From: Blepharisma stoltei ATCC 30299
Taxonomy: Eukaryota; Protista; Ciliophora
Assembly: GCA_965603825.1 (NCBI GenBank)
Contig: CBFDEM010000006.1
Coordinates: forward strand, 124,001 to 188,000
Reading direction: 5' to 3'
DNA: 64,000 bases
Shown: positions 14,068 to 24,217 of the stretch, one piece after another
Layout: each line of letters opens with the position of its first letter
Position numbering within the stretch: the first letter of the stretch is position 1
Notes under the pieces: model-generated
What the model was told of the DNA's origin: nothing
What the model saw: the letters and a program-made list of their open reading frames with translations, nothing else
The model's database searches: none
Program-made: the position numbers and the translations under genes

Positions 14068-14899
14068 ATGGACTATTTAGATCAGCTACCAATAGATGGG
14101 TTCAACCACGATCTTTTCGAAAGAAATAAAAATCTCCTAGACCAAGGTGTCGCTCCTAAGCCTTATACAAAAACTGGGACAACCATTGTTGGCTTAATGT
14201 ACGAAGGAGGGGTCGTATTAGGTGCAGATACTCGTGCGACGGGAGGATCAATGGTTTTAGATAAGATGTGTGACAAGCTCCATATGCTTGCTCCCAACAT
14301 TTTTGCAGCTGGAGCTGGTACAGCAGCTGATCTTGAGCATGTGACACTCAACATTGGATATCAGCTTGAACTTCTCAGATTATATTCAGGAAGGCAAAGT
14401 AGAGTGATCACAGCAATTACTCTTTTAACAGAGCATTTGTTTAAGTATGGAGGAAATATCGGGGCTTATTTGATTGTAGGAGGGGTTGATGCAAGTGGAG
14501 CGCAGCTGTTTATGATATCTGCTGATGGGACATATCGTCATCATCCTTTTCATACAATGGGATCTGGAAGTCTCGCGGCAATGAGCATGTTTGAAACTGA
14601 GTACAGAGATCATATGACTGTAATATTTATTATAGAAAGAAGAAGCTATGCAATTGGTGGCGAAAGCAATAGAAGCTGGAATCTTTAATGATTTAGGATC
14701 AGGAAGTTCAGTGGATTTAGTTGCAATTGATAAAGATGGGCATGACCATAAAAGAACGTTGAGAAATTATAATAAAAAGGCTTATCAAAGCTCAATTCAG
14801 TATAATTTCCCGAAAGGAGTTACACGTAAGATTTATTTAGCAATTAAGAGGGAATATCCTTTGGTGATAACTGAAGTGTCGGCAATGGAAATTGAGTAA
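14068..14899 (+). CDS. PSMB7: 20S proteasome subunit beta-2 (PUP1/PSMB7)
   Basis: Propeptide then KTG|TTIVG (catalytic Thr), GADTRAT, CDKLH, GSGSLAA, IFNDLGSGS. 16-nt intron at 14620-14635 joins the two ORFs; probable in-frame 15-nt intron at 14826-14840. Confidence 0.95.
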
Positions 14900-15209
14900 T
14901 AAATTAGATCTCTGGAAATCATCTAAATTCTTAATCTTACCTTAACAAAATCCATAACAAATTTTTATCTAATTACAGAAACTTATTTGATTCAATTTTT
15001 CTTTATTTGCAAAAAGGATATTAAAAGTTTATTCCCCTTTTTATTAATTCATCAAAGTCGCTTTCACTCAAATAAAGTGCTTCAAAATATGAAAATGCCA
15101 CCAAGAGAAGGAAAAATGATATTTATCACATCTCTTGTGTAATTATTAGTTGCCATATTAGAGAATTAAATAAAGACCGAGTTTGCTTAACACCAATTAA
15201 GCAAAATTA

Positions 15210-15464
15210 TTAAGCTGTTGCTGAGAGGAGCTTTGCAACAAATGCCTGAAGCTCGTTCTCGTCCACAGTTCCACTTCCATCAACGTCGAGGCCTGAGAAT
15301 TCTTCATTCATCTGGTCTTCAGTGATGGCATTCATGCCGTGATCAGTGATCATTTTTGCGATTGCAGATTTGAATTCATCTCTATCAAGAGCACCTGAGC
15401 CGTCGGTGTCTGCAAAGGAGAAAATGTCTTTGGTTATTTGGAGTACACGTTCTTGATCAACCAT
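15210..15464 (-). CDS. Small two-EF-hand calcium-binding protein (84 aa)
   Basis: Canonical loops DTDGSGALDRDE and DVDGSGTVDENE. Confidence 0.9.
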   Translation of the reverse strand: MVDQERVLQITKDIFSFADTDGSGALDRDEFKSAIAKMITDHGMNAITEDQMNEEFSGLDVDGSGTVDENELQAFVAKLLSATA

Positions 15465-16266
15465 TTATTAATTATTACGAGTCGTAGCTTTTGGAGCCAA
15501 AATGGACAATTTATAACTTCAACAAGCTCTATTTGGCTGATTATTGCAATTTCAGCAGCAAGGCAATTATAAAAAACTCAAAAGCCTTCATTTGGGTTAA
15601 AAACTTGTGTAAATTCAAGAAGTAATTGAAGATGCCAATTTCATGTTGAAACGATATTTGTAGCTCTGGTTAAAAGTTTTCCAATAAGCACAAGCTAAAT
15701 CCAACAATCTTAAGCATCAAATGAACTCGAAGAAATCTTAAAACATCTTACTTTATGGAAATCAAGAAATTGAACTTATCTCTTCGACTAATTAACCTTA
15801 AGTGATTAATTTCCATGCTAGCAGGTGTATAAAGTCCTAAATTGGTAAATTTTGATCTTAAGAAACAAACTTAGAAAATTTAACTGAAAATGGATGGAGT
15901 TGCATAATTGAAATGAGATCTTAAAGATGAATTTTGTTAATAAAAGTAGATATGATTTGAGTTGATAATTTTAGGAGACTAACTATGCAATTTAATAGAA
16001 AAAGGTTTGCAAAGAAAAATTCAATAATTCATGCAATTATAAATAGAAATCGATTAATAACCGAATTAAGTATAATTTAATCTAGCCCAAATTATCCTTA
16101 ATCTCATATTTAATCTTGAATTACTTATAGCAGCTTCAATAAGTTTTAAGTTCTTCTTTTCTTTAAAGAATAATAGCAGAAAAAATGCTAAAAATACCTA
16201 TAGAAGGGTTTGCTTACATGTTGACTCTAAATCAGCATTGCATAATTCCATATAAATTTATAATAA

Positions 16267-17079
16267 TTAATCATAGATATTTTCCTTAATATCACTTTGA
16301 TTTAAAGAAATACTTGCATTTGCAGAATTCAACTCTAAGCTTGGAATCAACGGTCTTACTCTATCATGAGGAGGGGATTTAAAATCAAAATGCTTAAATA
16401 TCACAGAGTTCCCAACATCTTTAAATGGAATATTCAGTTTCGTGAAGCTTAGCATCCCAGAAACCACAGCAACTTCATCAGCTAGACTCTTGGACTTGCA
16501 TCGATTTTTTTGAGATAAAATTTTTTCATTTCTTTCAGATAGCACTGGAGTAAACGTATATTTCGGCTTCGACTGATTTTTTATCTTTTCTTTCTTAATT
16601 TCGATCTCTTTGGCGTTATTGTATAGCCTTGAACCAATATCATCGGTAGAAATTTTGGGAGAACTTCGAGATTTGCTGCTTGAAAATGAATTTCCTTTGG
16701 TAGGAGTGCTATTACTTCTTTTAATTGGAGTGCTTTGAATAGGAGTAGGGCAAGGCTTTATTGGAGTTGAAGGTCTTTTTGCACATGGAGTTTGAGATCT
16801 TCTGCGGCCTCGATCAGAGTCAGAACATACAACTGAATTTCTTGGAATCGGAATTTTGGATTCACTTGTATTTAGATCGATACTTCTAGAAACGAATGGA
16901 CTACTTGATCTGTTTTGGTAGCATATTTGAAATTTTTGTATTTTTTTCACTGAGTAATTTGAAAATTTTATGATGTGCTTTCATACCAGAAATGCTTTGA
17001 GAGATCTTTTAGTAGAAATACTTTTTAAGAATAACAATCCCCCTTTTATAATCAGCGATTTAGAATCTTTGACTTCCAT
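16267..17079 (-). CDS. Hypothetical basic Ser/Pro-rich protein (~270 aa)
   Basis: ATG at 17079 reads in frame through one TGA (16981-16983) into the track ORF. Contains STP repeats and RLYNNA...YTFTP motifs; stop TAA. Confidence 0.7.
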
Positions 17080-17848
17080 GTTTAAATTATGAATCTCAAA
17101 TTCTACTTATTATCTTATATTTTAAATTGAGATTGCATTTTATTTTGAGCGCGATTCATTTTTGAAAGCTAAGTTTATTTAACTTTTTAAGACAAGAAGC
17201 TATAGTAAAAATGAAAATATTAAGAAAAATGCTATCATGAAAATATAAGCCTGATTACGAGTAATGACTTTTATAAATTAGATAAAACATATTATTCTTA
17301 ACTGGGAAATTTTCTAAACATTTTATTTTAAATAATTATATAATAATTTCACAGTAAATTTAAAGTTAAATTACTATCAAATATATTTCTCTATTTATTT
17401 AAAGCAATTTTATTTCAATTAAGAATTGTACAGAAAATTATAAAAATTGTATAAAATAAGCTCTTTCCAAAAAATACTAAACTAGCAAGATAAACTAATC
17501 AGTCTCTTGCACAAAATTATTTTAACTACCTTATGAAGCTATGGACAAATAAGTCCGGTTGAAAATATGGAACAACCAAGAAAGAGGTCGGGTGGTATCT
17601 TTGATAAATTCATTTAAACCCTGAAATATCGGCCCCAGCCTTGATGTTATACACAGAAGAGTCTTACTAACCTTCTTATACCTCAAAAATAATTTAATTA
17701 GGCTAAGGCTTCCAAAAGATCCAAGGGTGTCACATAAAGAATTAAAATTCAAAATTTTCACTCTGGATTTTGAATATTCTTTTAGTAGCTTAACAGCTAT
17801 AAGAGCTCAGTCTAGAAGAGAAATTTATAAGATAATTTATGATTAATC

Positions 17849-18271
17849 TTAAGCTTCAACTGTTTTTTCTTTGGGTACGATCAACAAATTCTTATGAATA
17901 TGGGGGATAACTCCACCTCCAGAAATAGTGGCCTTGATTAAAGTGTCCAACTCTTCGTCTCCTCTAATAGCCAGCTGGATATGTCTTGGGCTGATTCTTT
18001 TGGTCTTCATGTCCTTACTTGCGTTTCCTGCCAATTCTAAAACTTCAGCAGTTAAGTATTCCAAAACTGCACCTGTATAGACTGCAGCAGTTGCACCGAC
18101 TCTATGAGAAGCTAGCATTCTTGTTTTTAGAAGTCTATGAATTCTTCCTACTGGGAATTGAAGCCCAGCCTTGATAGATCTTGATGTAGGATTTCTTTTA
18201 TGTTTTCCAGCAGCTACTTTTCCTCCTTTGCCTCCTTTTCCTTTTCCGCCAGCCTAAGTAAATTTTACCAT
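17849..18271 (-). CDS. H2AZ: Histone H2A.Z (hv1-type variant), 135 aa
   Basis: ATG at 18271 followed immediately by a 15-nt intron (18254-18268). [12 protein letters not shown] tail, [65 protein letters not shown]. Confidence 0.96.
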
Positions 18272-18289
18272 TTAAATAGTAAATTATAA

Positions 18290-18299
18290 CTCAGCCATA
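18290..18299 (-). promoter_or_regulatory. Candidate upstream motif (T)ATGGCTGAG
   Basis: The same word recurs in gene-sense orientation upstream of the AGC kinase (27009-27018) and Piwi (31152-31160). Confidence 0.3.
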
Positions 18300-18710
18300 A
18301 AATGGTTAAAATATTAGACTTGTCTTTAATTTTGATTGGCCCTTCAAAAGTAGATATCAAAAAATGGAACAGTTTTAAACATCTGGTTAAATTGCTGGTT
18401 TAAACTCCAAATTGTGCTGATTTTAAAGAAATTAGCATATTTTTAAGTTTAAAAAATGAAATAATAAATAATTGTGCATTTTTTATAAAAATAATTTTGA
18501 CATACTCTTTTTCTTATAAAAATGATAAATAATTTTAAACATATTCGCAAAAATAGCATAGACTAGCCAGAGACGATCATATAAATCAGTTTATTCACTC
18601 TAAACCCAATCTTCTGGCTACTTATATAGATCTTATATAAGCAGTCAAAATTTCCTATCATCTAATCTCTGGATTCTTATAATTTACATTACTCACAAAA
18701 TTTAATAAAT

Positions 18711-19781
18711 TTATGCTCTTCTTTTACTTTGTGAAGAAAGAGTTTCCCTCATATAGCTTGGTCTTGCGTCAAAAGACCTTAATTCTGGGCCAGTTGAAAG
18801 GTTTTCAAAGTTACCTCGATGGCTAAATTGTTCCCGGCAGCTTGCACTTCCAGATCTTGGCTTTAGATTATTGCTGCTTTTAGATCTTGAAGATCTTAAC
18901 GAATCTTGATAGCAGTCATTTTTTGGCTCACGAGAACTGCTTAGTCTATTTTTGGAAGAACTAAATGAAGAAAAAATTACTGAATTATCCAAGCCAATTC
19001 TGGACTCTGAGTTCGATCTAGTGATTGTTTGTACGTAGTTGGTTTTTCTTCCCCTTACTGAAGATATCGATGAGACATTTAAACCATGCGAGATCAAGTG
19101 AAATTTCAGCTTTTCTGAGTCTCCGGAGCCAGGGAAATATCGAATTTGCACACTTCCCTTTCCATTGCATTTTCCTTCAATATCATTCATTTCCAAATCA
19201 GCCTTTACAATATGCCATCCTTTACAAATGTCTTTTAGTGTATTCATATCATCATAAGGCTTCAGTCCAGAAATCGAAATAGTCTCAATCTGGGCTTCAT
19301 TTGGCTTTGGCAATGTTGATTCGCATGGCTGCTTGATATTGAGCTCTTTAAGTCTTCTTGCGTTTATCTGTAGGATTTTTTCTCTTGAGGAAGAAACTTT
19401 CGGAATTATTACAGAGCTTGGCTTGGCTTTGGTCCCGTCGAACGATTTATAAATAATTTCGCTATTTTCAGATACCTGTTTTATTTTTTTTGTGCTTGAA
19501 CTTCTGCTGTCACTTCTAATTATGTTATTTTCGTTGTAATCGCCAAAAAGCTCCTCTGCAGATCTGTCTCTGCGATGGGATTGGCTAGCTCTGACTCTTC
19601 TTTCTGATAAATTGAGCATATTGAAGTCAAGCCTTCCATTTCTATTTGTGCCTGAAGGATTCTTTTTTTGATTGATTGCAGGAGATGAGTGCAAGCTATT
19701 TTCATTGTTTCTTTGTGTTGGGATTTCTTGTTTAGAAGGAGTCTTGAGACCCAAGCGAGAACTTATGATTTTGGATTTCAT
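18711..19781 (-). CDS. Hypothetical Ser/Arg-rich protein with a possible degenerate RRM
   Basis: Long ORF; likely start MKSKII at 19781 (the track uses an upstream non-ATG start). Central ETISISGL...KCNGKGSVQIR is RNP2/RNP1-like (inference). Confidence 0.65.
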   Translation of the reverse strand: MKSKIISSRLGLKTPSKQEIPTQRNNENSLHSSPAINQKKNPSGTNRNGRLDFNMLNLSERRVRASQSHRRDRSAEELFGDYNENNIIRSDSRSSSTKKIKQVSENSEIIYKSFDGTKAKPSSVIIPKVSSSREKILQINARRLKELNIKQPCESTLPKPNEAQIETISISGLKPYDDMNTLKDICKGWHIVKADLEMNDIEGKCNGKGSVQIRYFPGSGDSEKLKFHLISHGLNVSSISSVRGRKTNYVQTITRSNSESRIGLDNSVIFSSFSSSKNRLSSSREPKNDCYQDSLRSSRSKSSNNLKPRSGSASCREQFSHRGNFENLSTGPELRSFDARPSYMRETLSSQSKRRA

Positions 19782-20149
19782 TACCGTTAAAATGTTAAAA
19801 TGGATTCCAATATTTCTCATAAAATATGCACCTTTATGCAAGTCTGAAATAGTTACTTATCAATTATTTTGAGGCTGATTCGGAATTTTATTATATATGA
19901 ATCACTCACTTGTAAATAGTTAAATATTAATAGTTAATTAAGAGAAATATAAGGAAATATAAATTAAGATTGATTAGTTAATTTTTTATATAATAATTTT
20001 AAGAAAATAAATAGTTTTGTTTCAGGAATGAACTTATAATTTATGCTTGAAGGGAAAAATGGAACTCCATATTAGTGTGAGTAATTATATCAATAAAATT
20101 AGAAAAACTTCCACAGAATTTTATGTAGTAGATTTTATACTTACTTAAG

Positions 20150-20752
20150 ATGGCAGAGCAAACGCTAAATAAATCTCGAGAATTAATTCAACTTACTCCA
20201 AACAGCAAGCTTATTTTCCAACACAGCTCTGAAAAAGTGACTACATTTCTCGCTTTAAATAACACTACATCATCGAAAATTGCTTTTAAGTTAAAGACAA
20301 CTTCTCCATATGATTTCACTGTTTGTCCATCTAAAGGATTTATTACTCCATATTCATGCACCAAAGTTAAGATCATACTCTTACCTATTTCCGGTGTGCA
20401 AAAGAGACGTCACAAGTTTCTTGTTCAAGCCAAAAGTGCCACTACCAACGATTTTACAAAAATTGATTGAAAAGATCCGAATATTGAAGTTCATAAATTA
20501 CGCGTTGTCTTTGAAAATTTATCTCCGGACGATATAAATTCAGACTTAGATAGCATTAAAACGACTCGAAGCGAAACTTTGTATACTGAAAGCGATAAAA
20601 ATGAAAATCCAGATTTTTTTGCGCCTTTAAAAGCGACCAAGAAACGGAAAAGAAAAGGGAAACGAAGAAGACTAGGAGGTTACGGAAAGCTGCATATAAT
20701 GCTAGCTTTCATCATTGGAATTTTAGTTGGAATTTTTGGAAGCGTTTATTAA
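20150..20752 (+). CDS. VAP/Scs2-like MSP-domain tail-anchored protein (200 aa)
   Basis: AFKLKTTSP, VCPSKGFI, HKFLVQA, W(TGA 20468), HKLRVVF. C-terminal TM IMLAFIIGILVGIFG; stop TAA at 20750-20752. Confidence 0.88.
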
Positions 20753-20795
20753 TGGGATAATAAAATTATAAGAAAGGTATTAATTTTAACATTTT

Positions 20796-21491
20796 TTAAT
20801 AGGTAGCTGCATATTTTGACAAAGATAACCCTAAAGCATCGGAAAGTTCTTGCTTTTCCAGGTCTAAAAGTGAAAGAGAAGGAAGAGAAGGGTTTTCAGG
20901 GGGTTGCATTCCTGAAATCAAAGACAACAGTCGTACACTATATTGTTTAGAAACGATAATGTTAGGTTGCTTAGCATTGAGCAATTCTTGCTGTTGCGCT
21001 AGCAATTTATCATATGACTTTTTTCTTTTCATAGGAAATGTGTTAAATTCGTAGTTGTATCCGCACTCATCAAGAGCTTTATTATATGCTGATAAAGCGG
21101 CAGCCCGCGGAGTCTCACCATCTGCAAGTTTTAGCAGCTCAAACGCCTTTTCTCTAAGAGAATTGTCTCCAGAATATTCCTTCAGGAATTTTTCCAAATA
21201 ATTTGTTTTGAGAGTCTCGATTGGGGTTATTGCATCGCCAATATGCATCTTAGAAAACGCATGGAAAATTTTTTTGCGATCAATCCCCATCATCTCTGCC
21301 ACATCAGAGACAGAATACGGGATTCCTCTTTTTCTTGACGCCGACAGTAATCCAACAGCAGCAGATACCTTTAAGAGCTTTGTAACCTTATCAGCACATT
21401 CTAGGCCTATTTTTACCGATTCTTCAAGAAGCCCTTTCGGAATTTTAATGCGCTTTAGATGAGTCTCAATTGTTTTGGCTCGTCTCTCCAT
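20796..21491 (-). CDS. TFIIB/BRF-like cyclin-fold protein lacking the zinc ribbon (231 aa)
   Basis: First ATG clear of the ankyrin gene is at 21491. RIKIPKGLLE...SAAVGLLSASRKRGIPYSVSDVAEMMGIDRKKI...NYLEKF parallels TFIIB core repeat 1. Confidence 0.6.
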   Translation of the reverse strand: MERRAKTIETHLKRIKIPKGLLEESVKIGLECADKVTKLLKVSAAVGLLSASRKRGIPYSVSDVAEMMGIDRKKIFHAFSKMHIGDAITPIETLKTNYLEKFLKEYSGDNSLREKAFELLKLADGETPRAAALSAYNKALDECGYNYEFNTFPMKRKKSYDKLLAQQQELLNAKQPNIIVSKQYSVRLLSLISGMQPPENPSLPSLSLLDLEKQELSDALGLSLSKYAATY

Positions 21492-21534
21492 TTTATTAGC
21501 ATTTCTCAGATTACGGGAATATAAACTTATATCA

Positions 21535-22506
21535 TTATTGAATAGCGCAAACTGCAGGATCATCTTCAGGCTTTCTTGCTTGTGGTTTTACCCTTGTTGC
21601 TAAGGCTCTGATTAAATCAGGGTGTTTAGCAGCAAACACGTCTTTGGCTTCTTGAGAGACTATTTCATTGACAGTCTGCCCATGGTTATTTTTGATTTGT
21701 ATTGATGCTCCTTTTCTCAGCAGTGCCACAGCTACGTCAGCGTGGTTGTTTTTAACTGCAATGTGCAATGGAGTGTCCCCTTCGATATTTTTTGAATTCA
21801 AAAAAGGCACCTCAATCGCTAGCAAAATCTCAACCAGCTCAGAATGACCGTGCAAAGCAGCTTCATGGACAATATTGTTGTTAAAGTTATTAACTACTGT
21901 TGGGTCCTGATTATGCTGTAGTAAAAATTGAATCACTTTGGCATACCCTTGGGCTGCTGCTAATAATAAAGTATCATTTCCGTCTGAGTTCTTTTGGCCT
22001 GGCCTTGCACCGTGAGCTAATAGAATTTCTACGATATCTCTAGCTATTGTATCACGCCCAGGTGTTAATAAAAGAATGTGAAGAGGAGTATTATGCTTTA
22101 TGTCTAAAGCAGAAGGCAATGCACCATTTTCACATAAAATCTCAACAAGCTCAGACTTATACCTTTCACAGGCCAGATGCAGAGCTGTGTGTCCTGAGTT
22201 TGTAGCAATGTTAGGATTGGCACGGTGTTCTAGAAGAAGCTGGGCAACTTGTCTGCCTGAGTCTTTTCGGAGAGCTACATAATGAAGTGGGGTAGCTCCT
22301 AAGTTGTTTTGTAGGTTAGGATCCCAACCATTTTCTAGCAGAAGAGCAATGCATGCAAGCTCATTTCTCTTGACTTCAACAGCGATGTGAAGAAGAGAAT
22401 TCCCTTGGCTGTCTCTGATATCTGGACGAGCTTCCATTCTTCCTATTGCTCTGTCAAGCTCACCTCGGTCTCCTGCTTTAACTGATCGAAAAGGGCCTGT
22501 TTCCAT
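21535..22506 (-). CDS. Ankyrin-repeat protein with C-terminal CaaX (CAIQ)
   Basis: About 7-8 ANK repeats (GNSLLHIA, GATPLHY, GHTALHLA, NTPLHI, GDTPLHIA). Confidence 0.93.
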   Translation of the reverse strand: METGPFRSVKAGDRGELDRAIGRMEARPDIRDSQGNSLLHIAVEVKRNELACIALLLENGWDPNLQNNLGATPLHYVALRKDSGRQVAQLLLEHRANPNIATNSGHTALHLACERYKSELVEILCENGALPSALDIKHNTPLHILLLTPGRDTIARDIVEILLAHGARPGQKNSDGNDTLLLAAAQGYAKVIQFLLQHNQDPTVVNNFNNNIVHEAALHGHSELVEILLAIEVPFLNSKNIEGDTPLHIAVKNNHADVAVALLRKGASIQIKNNHGQTVNEIVSQEAKDVFAAKHPDLIRALATRVKPQARKPEDDPAVCAIQ

Positions 22507-22883
22507 TATACTTTTTTTAGTTTATTGAATATTTTAAATCATTTATGTAAAAATTGAAAATAATAGCAGGTTTTTTTAGCATGATCGTCTCTATATAAAT
22601 AAATTTCTATTAATTTATTGGTGTTTATGTTTTGTTTATTTTTATTAGAGATCGCAGGTTTATATTTTATTCAGTTCGGAAACAAGAAAAAAATCAATTT
22701 AATGGTTTTTAACCTATATTTTGTAGTGCTCAGAAGAAATAACAAATTTTTATTAATATAAAGACTAAAATTGTTATTTTATGAGATACTAATTTCATTC
22801 TTTCATATACCCTATTGTTCCCATGTCAGATAAAGCTGGTTTTTAGCAAAATCGAGAAAATTATAAAATTTAATATTAAAAGT

Positions 22884-23507
22884 TTAACTTCTGCAGCATC
22901 CTCTTTTCTTGACTGCATTTACATTCTTAATTTTGTTCCCTTTGGGAATTCTTAGAGCTCCTTTAGATATCAATCTCGAAGCAAGAACTTGAAATAATGC
23001 TTCAACCTGATAGTCTTCTTTCGCGCTCGTTTCAATATAATCCATTTTATATTTAACAGCTTTTAGCTTTCCTTCTTCAGTCCCAACGTCACTTTTTATG
23101 TCACTTTTATTCCCAACTAGCACTTTAATAGGGTTCTGTACTGCATATTTTTCTAGCTCATTGATTCAATCGTCGACGTTATCAAAAGATGTCCTATCAC
23201 TTTTATCAAAAACTATGATAGCTCCTTCCGCACCTCTATAATAATTATTTATTATTGTTCTAAACCTTTCCTGCCCTGCAGTATCTCACTAATTGAAATT
23301 TACAATTTGAAGCTGTACAAGGGAGTTATCGATATCTACACTTGTTTGCTTAAAATCTAAGCCGATTGTTGATAAATAATTCTCTTTATATGTTTTTTCT
23401 GATTGCCTTAGGAGTAGGCTTGATTTTCCTACGTGTGAGTCTCCTATCATAATAATTTTAAATAGGTAGTGTCTAAATCTAGGTTACGTTTCTGGTCGGA
23501 GTTCCAT
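22884..23507 (-). CDS. Rab GTPase (Rab1-like)
   Basis: Introns at 23473-23487 and 23289-23303. [18 protein letters not shown](TGA)[29 protein letters not shown]-terminal GCCRS. Confidence 0.93.
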
Positions 23508-24217
23508 ATTGATATTTATACTAATCATTCATTCCTATACTGTAAATAAAATGCAAAGCTCAGTGAGTATTTATGAAAAATAAAAATTAATATGATTTAA
23601 ATAGCCTATATATTATCAAAACAAATCTGTCTTAAATATAATTAAGGCTCCATCTTACAGAGTGAAATTATTATTGAAAAAGAATTGATTAGAATTTTTA
23701 ATTTAACTTTAAAATATAATTCTGGACTATTTGGGAATACTAAAATTATAAAACAGACTCAGTATCGTACCTTTAATATGGGGTTAATAAAATTAATTAA
23801 AATCGAAAATTTAATGCATTCTCTAATTAAGCAAATTTTCAATGAGTTAAGTAGAAATGGAGGTTTGGTGAAAAATTTTCCATATTAGGACCAGCCAAAA
23901 ATTTTTGAAGAGATATTGTAGATAAAAGGACTTTTTAAATATTAATATGAAAAAGAAAGAATTTTGACAAAAATTTTATTAATTCGAATAATTTTACCCT
24001 TTATTTGCTAATAAAATTGTTAACCCATTGCATATTTTTGTGGAAAATTTCCCTCCAATAAAAAATTTTTATGTTTCATTCTAAATTCTTATCGAAAAAT
24101 AAACATCTACAAAAGGAAATTTATTTACATCTATCACTTATACCATTATCACTTTTAATTTTTAAATTCCTAGACTTATCTCTAGATAAACTTCCATTAT
24201 AATTTTTAAAGAGAGAA

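Noticed and set aside
17531-17846. Open frames on both strands downstream of H2A.Z
   Set aside because: No usable ATG (non-ATG start, or TAA after three codons) and no recognisable motif.
21492-21563. Apparent overlap of the ankyrin gene and the TFIIB-like ORF in the track
   Set aside because: Caused by an upstream in-frame ATG inside the ankyrin CDS. The aataaaATG at 21491 gives a non-overlapping gene starting at the homologous domain.
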